The notes under the pieces: model-generated
What the model saw: the letters and a program-made list of their open reading frames with translations, nothing else
Databases searched by the model: none
Told to the model about the DNA's origin: nothing
Origin: Alphaproteobacteria bacterium
Lineage (GTDB): Bacteria; Pseudomonadota; Alphaproteobacteria; SP197
Direction: 5' to 3'
NCBI GenBank assembly: GCA_963666905.2
Contig: OY763008.1
Span: forward strand, 3,924,071 to 3,988,070
Length of the DNA: 64,000 nt
Program-made: the position numbers and the translations under genes
Part shown: positions 57,245-64,000 of the stretch, one piece after another
Layout of the letters: each line of letters starts with the position of its first letter
How positions within the stretch are numbered: the first letter of the stretch is position 1

Positions 57245-58435
57245 TCATGGGGGTCCGCGCATCCTGATGTGCTCCATGGTTCGGGCGAGGCCCTCGCTGG
57301 TGATGTTCCGGTCGAGAGTGGCAACGGGCACGGTTGCTGTGCCGCACCTGGGACAGGCGGGGGTGCCGGCGGCCTCGGGCTCGTCGCGCTCCTCGGGGGC
57401 GTTGCGAGGGCCGGCGTGCGGGACGGCTTCCAGGGTCGTGCTGCGGCAGCTGTTGGCGAGGATGCCGAAGTGTCGGATGCGGTGGAAGCCCTTCGGCAGG
57501 CGATGCATGAGGAAGCGCCGGATGAAGTCCTCGACCTTGAGGGTCATGGTGCTGTAGGTCGGCTTGTCGCCGGCCCTGGCCACCGGCTTGCGGTGTCGCA
57601 AGGTGACGGTCTCACCGTCGAAGGCGAGGATGCGGGCATCCGAGATGGCGATGCGGTGGGTGTAGCGCGAGAGGTAGCGGATGACGGCCTCGGGCCCGTC
57701 GAACGGCGGCTTGGCGTAGACCACCCATCTGGTCTTGCGCGCCTGCCTGATGAGCCGGGAGAAGGCGTGAGGCTCGGCGAGACGGGCCAGCGCCCCGTGG
57801 AACTCAAGGTCGCCATGGAGCTTTGCGAGGTCCTCGAGGAAGCGCCTTCGGAAGGAGCTCGCCAGCACCTTGACGGGGGCGAAGAAGCGGGGACTGCCGG
57901 TCTTCCATGCGCCGCTTGCGACGTCGAAGCCGCCATGAGGCACGACGCAGTGCACGTGAGGATGCCACTGCAGCTTCTGGTTCCATGTGTGGACAACCGC
58001 GGTGCCGCCGATCCTGGCGCCGAAGCGCCGGGGATCGGCGCCGATGACCTGCAGGGTCTCGGCGGCGCTGCGGAACAGGATGCCGAGAACCGCCTTGCGG
58101 TTCTGCAGGGCGATGCGGGCCACCAACGGCGGCAGGGTGAAGACGATGTGGAAGCAGGGGGCCGGCAGGATGCAGGCGGTCTGCCTTTCCATCCACGCGC
58201 GCGCCGCGGCGCCCTGGCAGGTCGGGCAGTGGCGGTTGCCGCAGGACTTCCAGACGGCATGGAGATGGCCGCAGTCGCCGCAACGGTACAACGTGCCGCC
58301 CAGCGCCGGCGTGCGGCACTGCTCGATGCACGTCATGACCTTCAGCGCGACGGCGTCGAGGCGATGACGCTCACGGTATGCGGGCCCGGCGTGGCGGAAG
58401 ATGTCCGCCACGCCGGGCCTCTCGGGGGCGCTCAC
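57245..58435 (-). CDS. IS91-family Y2 transposase
   Basis: 396 aa, identical to the 50629-51819 product except for one Gly/Ser substitution (FRGAAETL vs FRSAAETL). Confidence 0.85.
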   Translation of the reverse strand: MSAPERPGVADIFRHAGPAYRERHRLDAVALKVMTCIEQCRTPALGGTLYRCGDCGHLHAVWKSCGNRHCPTCQGAAARAWMERQTACILPAPCFHIVFTLPPLVARIALQNRKAVLGILFRSAAETLQVIGADPRRFGARIGGTAVVHTWNQKLQWHPHVHCVVPHGGFDVASGAWKTGSPRFFAPVKVLASSFRRRFLEDLAKLHGDLEFHGALARLAEPHAFSRLIRQARKTRWVVYAKPPFDGPEAVIRYLSRYTHRIAISDARILAFDGETVTLRHRKPVARAGDKPTYSTMTLKVEDFIRRFLMHRLPKGFHRIRHFGILANSCRSTTLEAVPHAGPRNAPEERDEPEAAGTPACPRCGTATVPVATLDRNITSEGLARTMEHIRMRGPP

Positions 58436-59306
58436 TCAACAGGCATGAGCCAGCTCTTTGACCGGATGGTCGAGTGTGCGGTACATGACACCCGTGGCCC
58501 GGGCGTAGACCCGCGTCGCCTCGGGTGACTTGTGCCCGAGATAGTCCTGGACCACGCTGATCTGCGCCCCACGTTCGTAGAGATGAGTGGCGACCGCGTG
58601 ACGCAGACAGTGGAACGTGATGCCGCGATCGAGCCCCACTCGGTCGCGGCTTTTCGTTGAAGGCCGCGCGCAGGCTTTCGGCGGTCATCGGCCGCTCCGG
58701 GCCGGCGCCGTAGAACAGCCAGCTTTCGGGATGAGGCTCGGTGTTCTTCCAGTAGCGTCTGAGCGCCTCGAGGACCGTGTCGGGCAAAAAGGCCATGCGC
58801 TCATGGCCGCCCTTGCCGTGTGCGATGTGGAGCAGCCCGTCTTCGCTCCTGACATCGTCGACCTGCAGCGCCACGACCTCGGAGATGCGCAGGGCGCAGC
58901 CGTAGGCGACAAGGGTGGCGGTGCGGTAGCGCAGGTCGTCGATGCCGTCGATCAGGAGGCCGACGTCGGCCTCCGGGATGGACCGCGGAAGCCGGTCGGG
59001 AACCCGCCGGCAGTGAAGATCCTTGACCTTCTCCGGCTGATCCATGGCGTCGACGTAGAACAGACGCAGGGCCGAGACGTCGGCATTGGTCGTGCGCGGA
59101 CAGCGCCCCGCGTCGATCCGGCCCGACACCCAGACGCCGACCTCCTCGGCCGACAGGCTCTGGGGCGGGCGGTCGTAGAACCGCGCCAGCGCGCCGACGC
59201 TGCGCAGGTAGTTGTCCTGTGTGTTCGCCGACAGACCCTTCATGTCCATCGTCGCGATCATCTTCCGGCGGGCCGGTGTCCCGCCGCTCTTCGGTCTGAC
59301 TTTCAT
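58436..59306 (-). pseudogene. tyrosine recombinase with the same reading-frame break as the left copy
   Basis: The same two-frame organisation as the left copy. The break lies near 58658-58668. Confidence 0.6.
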
Positions 59307-59570
59307 CACTGTCTCCCTGGTGGAAAGGGCTCCGATCAGCCGGAGCACCAGGGAGAAAGCTACCACCGAGGGAACCGCGCTCCGCCGACCGCCAACGGCA
59401 TCAACCTCAGGAACAACCACCCACTGCCGCGAAGCGGCCTTCGTTCAATGTCGGGATGGAGCGGTCAGTCCGGTTTTGGGCGAACTGTGCTGGAGTACTC
59501 GCCAAGCGGCCAGCCGCATTCATCGATGAGCATAGGGTAGAGTGTCGTAGGCAGCACGGAAGGAGTTCGA

Positions 59571-60346
59571 GTGAGCGAGGACGTCTACCTCGATGCCAAC
59601 GCGACAGTGCGGCCTCTGGACTGCGTCGTCGAAGCGGTAACGGCAGCAATGCGCAATGCTTGGGGAAACCCCTCAAGCGAACACGCCGACGGAATCGCTG
59701 CCCGCCGGGTGCTCGCGCGAGCACGAGATGCAACAGCGGCACTGCTCCCGGGAATCGATCCCGAACAGGTCGTGCTGACTTCGGGAGGGACCGAGGCAAG
59801 CAATACGATGCTCGGAGGAGCAGGCCCCGATTCGACACTCATCGTGAGCGCGGTAGAGCATCCAGCAACCATGCGACCCGCCGAGCGGGCACGAAGCCGC
59901 GGCGGGAACCTTATCGTCGTGCCGGTCGACGCTCAGGGGCAAGTCGACCCTGACGCATTCGCTCAAGCCATCGCAGGAGCATCGACACGGAATGTCTATG
60001 CGTCGGTACAGTGGGCGAACGGTGAGACAGGGGTAATTCAACCGGTGGCGGAAATCACCGACGCAATCCACTCGGTGCGACCAGACGCAATCATTCATTT
60101 GGATGCGGCTCAAGCGGTAGGAAGAGTTCGGACCCCAGCGTTGCGGGGAGTCGCCGGATTGAGTTTCTCTGGGCATAAACTGCACGGACCTCAGGGAACC
60201 GGTGTCCTAGCACTCGGCACCGCTGCGGATGCGGATACACCGGCGCTCATCGCGGGAGGCGGGCAAGAGCGAGGTTGGAGATCCGGGACGGAGAACGTCG
60301 CCGGCGCGGCGGGCCTCAGTGCTGCGCTGGGCGCGCGCGTAGCTAG
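59571..60346 (+). pseudogene. cysteine desulfurase (NifS/IscS-like, aminotransferase class V), 3-prime truncated by an IS
   Basis: Motifs YLDANATVRP and SFSGHKLHGPQGTG (PLP lysine), then GGGQERGWRSGTENV. The homologous reading frame stops at the IS terminus at 60343-60347. Confidence 0.75.
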
Positions 60347-62125
60347 TGCTCGCCAGAGAACCCCTGACTTTGGCGACGCAGGAGCGAGCGGCGCGTGATC
60401 GCGGCGCCGGATCGGACGTATTTTTCACCAGCATTCAGGGGTGAATCGGGGGCTGGCGGTCGATTCAGCGGATTTCGCACAAAATCTGCGGTGATTGCCG
60501 GCGTCCGCACGAGCCTCCCCGTTGCCGCCTTGCCGGCGGGTCCCTGCAGACAGGATTGTCGGGGGAGCGCCGTCAGGCGGCGAGGCGTCGTCGCCGGGCA
60601 CGCCTGCGCAGCAGCAGGCCGATGCGGTGGATGTTGAAGGCCACGATCGAGAGCGCCACCGCGCGGGCGAAGCCTTCGGCGCCGAAGGCGCGGACCCGGT
60701 CCAGCCCCCGATGCTCCAGGTTGTTGATCGCCGATTCCACCGCCGGGTGCTGCCGGCGCATGGCGACGAACTCCTCGTCCCCCTCGCGTTCCCTGTCGGC
60801 CTTCGACAGGCGTCCCTTGCGCGGCAGCACGTTGTGCTCCAGCAGCTCGTCGAGGCGGACGCGGTTTGCGGGACTGTGGAAGCCGCGGTCGAAGCTGCAC
60901 AGGCGCAGGTCGGGGAAGCGCGCCTGCGCCGCCTCGATCATCGGCACCGCGTCGTCGACGTCGCTGCCCCGCCACATGATCTCGTGATGCAGAATGAAGC
61001 CGTGGTTGTCCTCCAGGACGCACAGCGGAACCCCGAGCTCCACCGGGCAACCGGCCTTGCCCTTCGAGACCCACCGCGTGTGGGGCTCGAAGATGGAGAA
61101 TACCTTCTCGGCGTGGGGGATCGTCTCGCCCTTGAGAAGACGGCGGTCCACCTGGTCGATCTGACGCCCGGCATGGGCCAGATAATGCTCGATCTCCAGG
61201 ATGATCCAGGGGTCCGCACCTTTGCAGGCCAGATCCCCGAGCGATCCCTGCGCGCGCTCCACCAGGTCCCGGCAGCGCTCGAGGTATGCCTCGATCCGTG
61301 CGCCTTCGCACGGCGCGTCGAGCGCACCTGGTTGAACAGTGCCTTGACCACCCGCGTCAGGTGCTGCCACTGGCGCCAGCCGTCGACATCGTGCCGCGCC
61401 GCCGCGCGGCCCACCTCGCGAAGCAGGCAGCGCATCGCGTCCATGAGAAGGTTCACGTCCGTGGGATAGTGAACGTTCGTCTCGACCACGAAGGAGTCAC
61501 AGCGCCCGCGCAACGGCTCGCCAGGCTTTTTTCTTGCGACCGCATGGCCGCTCTCCACTACCAGTTGTCCCACCTCGGCCAGCAGCTCCGGGCGCAGCAG
61601 ACAGACGTTGTCCACCACCGTTTGATACTCGTACATCTCCTCGTCCGTGACACCGCCGTGGCCCAGAAAGCGGCGCAGCGTCCTGTGCTGGTTCACCAGC
61701 TCGTGCAGGCGGTCCCAATCGCAGCCCAGCCCCTGCATCACCACGCCCATCACCAGGATCCGCCACATCTCCATCCCCGGGCGCCCGACCGTGCGGTCGA
61801 CCCCGGGAAGGACGTGCTCCTCGAGAAGCGCGAACAGCCGCTTGCGCGTGTCCTCATCGCCGTAGAGGTGCTGAAGGCCCTGCAGGAGTGCGGGGATGTC
61901 GTCCCGGGACTTCAGGTCGAGATCGATGTCCTCGATGCGGATCCCGCCCAGTTCCATCTGTGGATTGCGGACATGTCTCATGGCGCCAGCTCGCGAAGAT
62001 TCCCGAAAAAAGCCCGATTCAGCGCCCCACAGCACGAAATCCGCGCCAGAGCGTGAATCTTCACCCTCAGATATCACGAAATATCACGCCATGTCAACAC
62101 TTTAGGGTTTTCTGGCAAGCACTAG
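60343..62125 (-). mobile_element. IS5-type insertion sequence, copy 1 (defective)
   Basis: Inverted repeats are CTAGTGCTCGCCAGAGAACCC (left) and the reverse complement of GGGTTTTCTGGCAAGCACTAG (right). CTAG is present at both ends. The transposase is frameshifted. Confidence 0.75.
60573..61976 (-). pseudogene. IS5-type DDE transposase, frameshifted
   Basis: Split into two overlapping track ORFs. Relative to copy 2 it has a 7-nt gap near 61297 and a 1-nt gap near 61955. Confidence 0.75.
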
Positions 62126-62128
62126 TTC

Positions 62129-63917
62129 GTGCTCGCCAGAGAACCCCTGACTTTGGCGACGCAGGAGCGAGCGGCGCGTGATCGCGGCGCCGGATCGGAC
62201 GTATTTTTCACCAGCATTCAGGGGTGAATCGGGGGGCTGGCGGTCGATTCAGCGGATTTCGCACAAAATCTGCGGTGATTGCCGGCGTCCGCACGAGCCT
62301 CCCCGTTGCCGCCTTGCCGGCGGGTCCCTGCAGACAGGATTGTCGGGGGAGCGCCGTCAGGCGGCGAGGCGTCGTCGCCGGGCACGCCTGCGCAGCAGCA
62401 GGCCGATGCGGTGGATGTTGAAGGCCACGATCGAGAGCGCCACCGCACGGGCGAAGCCCTCGGCCCCGAAGGCGCGGACCCGGTCCAGACCCCGCTGCTC
62501 CAGGTTGTTGATCGCCGATTCCACCGCCGGGTGCTGACGGCGCATGGCGACGAACTCCTCGTCCCCCTCGCGTTCCCTGTCGGCCTTCGACAGGCGTCCC
62601 TTGCGCGGCAGCACGTTGTGGTCCAGCAGCTCGTCGAGGCGGACGCGGTTTGCGGGGCTGTGGAAGCCGCGGTCGAAGCTGCACAGGCGCAGATCGGGGA
62701 AGCGCGCCTGCGCCGCCTCGATCATCGGCACGGCGTAGTCGACGTCGCTGCCCCGCCACATGATCTCGTGGTGCAGAATGAAGCCGTGGTTGTCCTCCAG
62801 GACGCACAGCGGAACCCCGAGCTCCACCGAGCAACCGGCCTTGCCCTTCGAGACCCACCGCGTGTGGGGCTCGAAGATGGAGAACACCTTCTCGGCGTGG
62901 GGGATCGTCTCGCCCTTGAGAAGATGGCGGTCCACCTGGTCGATCTGACGCCCGGCATGGGCCAGATAGTACTCGATCTTCAGGAGGACCCAGGGGTCCG
63001 CACCTTTGCAGGCCAAGTCCTCGAGGGAGCCCTGCGCACGCTCCACCAGGTCCCGGCAGCGCTCGAGATACGCCTCGATCCGGTCGGGATGCGCCTTCGC
63101 ACGGCGCGTCGAGCGCACCTGGTTGAACAGTGCCTTGACCACCCGCGTCAGGTGCCGCCACTGGCGCCAGCCGTCGACATCGTGCCGCGCCGCCGCGCGG
63201 CCCACCTCGCGAAGCAGGCAGCGCATCGCGTCCATGAGAAGGTTCACGTCCGTGGGATAGTGAACGTCCGTCTCGACCACGAAGGAGTCACAGCGCCCGC
63301 GCAACGGCTCGCCAGGCTTTTTTCTTGCGACCGCATGGCCGCTCTCCACTACCAGTTGTCCCACCTCGGCCAGCAGCTCCGGGCGCAGCAGACAGACGTT
63401 GTCCACCACCGTTTGATACTCGTACATCTCCTCGTCCGTGACGCCGCCGTGGCCCAGAAAGCGGCGCAGCGTCCTGTGCTGGTTCACCAGCTCGTGCAGG
63501 CGGTCCCAATCGCAGCCCAGCCCCTGCATCACCACGCCCATCACCAGGATCCGCCACATCTCCATCCCCGGGCGCCCGACCGTACGGTCGACCCCGGGAA
63601 GGACGTGCTCCTCGAGAAGCGCGAACAGCCGGGTGCGCGTGTCCTCATCGCTGTAGAGGTGCTGAAGACCCTGCAGGAGTGCGGGGATGTCGTCCCGGGA
63701 CTTCAGGTCGAGATCGATATCCTCGATCCGAATTTCTCCCAGTTCCATCTCCTGGATTGCGGACATGTCTCATGGCGTCGACTCGCGAAGATTCCCGAAA
63801 AAGGCCCGATTCAGCGCCCCACAACGCGAAATCCGCGCCGGAGCGTGAATCTTCGCCCCCGGATATCACGAAATATCACGCCATGTCAACACTTTAGGGT
63901 TTTCTGGCAAGCACTAG
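62129..63917 (-). mobile_element. IS5-type insertion sequence, copy 2 (intact transposase)
   Basis: Same termini as copy 1. It lies in direct tandem with copy 1, separated by only a few bp (CTAGTTCG spans the junction). Confidence 0.75.
62357..63766 (-). CDS. DDE transposase, IS5/IS1182-type (family assignment tentative)
   Basis: 469 aa. Motifs DSFVVETDVHYPTDVNLL, CSFDRGFHS and HPAVESAINNLEQRGLDR are typical of DDE_Tnp_1-type transposases. Confidence 0.8.
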   Translation of the reverse strand: MSAIQEMELGEIRIEDIDLDLKSRDDIPALLQGLQHLYSDEDTRTRLFALLEEHVLPGVDRTVGRPGMEMWRILVMGVVMQGLGCDWDRLHELVNQHRTLRRFLGHGGVTDEEMYEYQTVVDNVCLLRPELLAEVGQLVVESGHAVARKKPGEPLRGRCDSFVVETDVHYPTDVNLLMDAMRCLLREVGRAAARHDVDGWRQWRHLTRVVKALFNQVRSTRRAKAHPDRIEAYLERCRDLVERAQGSLEDLACKGADPWVLLKIEYYLAHAGRQIDQVDRHLLKGETIPHAEKVFSIFEPHTRWVSKGKAGCSVELGVPLCVLEDNHGFILHHEIMWRGSDVDYAVPMIEAAQARFPDLRLCSFDRGFHSPANRVRLDELLDHNVLPRKGRLSKADREREGDEEFVAMRRQHPAVESAINNLEQRGLDRVRAFGAEGFARAVALSIVAFNIHRIGLLLRRRARRRRLAA

Positions 63918-64000
63918 TTATAGCACGGGCACCGGTCAGGTGCGCAAACAGTCGAAACTGATCTCACTTCCGCCTCCCAATTTATCAGACCGTCAGTATA

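Larger units (their letters stand above)
56934..59449 (-). mobile_element. IS91-family-like element, right copy (2,516 bp, intron-free)
   Basis: Reverse complement of the left copy. I found three single-nucleotide differences (50409/58665, 50781/58283, 50995/58069). Confidence 0.8.

Noticed and set aside
60343-63917. Direct repeats of about 1.8 kb and the inverted 2.5-kb repeats, considered as possible CRISPR or other arrayed repeats.
   Set aside because: They are whole insertion sequences with transposase genes and terminal inverted repeats. No short repeat-spacer periodicity occurs anywhere in the window.

Overview
This is a GC-rich chromosomal segment that looks alphaproteobacterial. All calls rest on reading the sequence and the ORF translations by eye; no database or HMM search was possible.

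Core region (1 to about 46.9 kb). Mostly conserved housekeeping and central-metabolism genes, many translationally coupled through ATGA/GTGA overlaps:
- gluQ, an SRAP/YedK-type peptidase, and an arginase-family hydrolase.
- An ethylmalonyl-CoA pathway block: ecm divergent from ccr-mcd, then a HIG1-type small membrane protein and a PduO-type cobalamin adenosyltransferase.
- etfB-etfA-hbd, a glucosaminidase-domain protein, and an MFS transporter.
- argH, a small lipoprotein, lysA, and a large TIGR02302-like membrane protein.
- ftsE-ftsX-ydcF-plsC, B12-dependent nrdJ, a methyltransferase, an Ldh_2 oxidoreductase, an SDR, and acs.
- A creatininase-family protein, a ThDP enzyme, gpsA, and hemC-hemD-Mic60-like-hemY.
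- tRNA-Thr(CGU), an FAD oxidoreductase, a class III aminotransferase, and a fused indolepyruvate:ferredoxin oxidoreductase.

Accessory insert (about 8.4-12.1 kb). It sits between the adenosyltransferase gene and etfB. It carries a PIN (VapC-like) toxin whose upstream partner is unusually large (162 aa). It also carries a complete IS4/Tn5-like element with a 9-bp target duplication, whose 763-aa transposase has an N-terminal extension of about 285 aa.

Mobile-element pile-up (46.9 kb to the end):
- A ~0.5-kb low-GC segment with an orphan ORF.
- Two inverted, near-identical 2,516-bp IS91-like elements (tyrosine recombinase plus Y2 transposase). The left copy carries a 2,019-bp group II intron inserted 12 nt from its end.
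- Between the two copies, 4.8 kb holding an IS1634-like element, an IS630 element with a TA duplication inside another transposase pseudogene, and transposase fragments.
- A NifS/IscS-like cysteine desulfurase gene truncated by two tandem, diverged IS5-type copies.

No CRISPR array, rRNA or prophage structural genes were seen. The many long Arg/Pro/Gly-rich antisense ORFs in the ORF track are treated as GC artefacts. I did not recognise a clearly new multi-gene system. The most unusual items are the intron-in-IS91 arrangement, the extended IS4 transposase, the PIN pair with a large partner, and a duplicated winged-helix-like protein.
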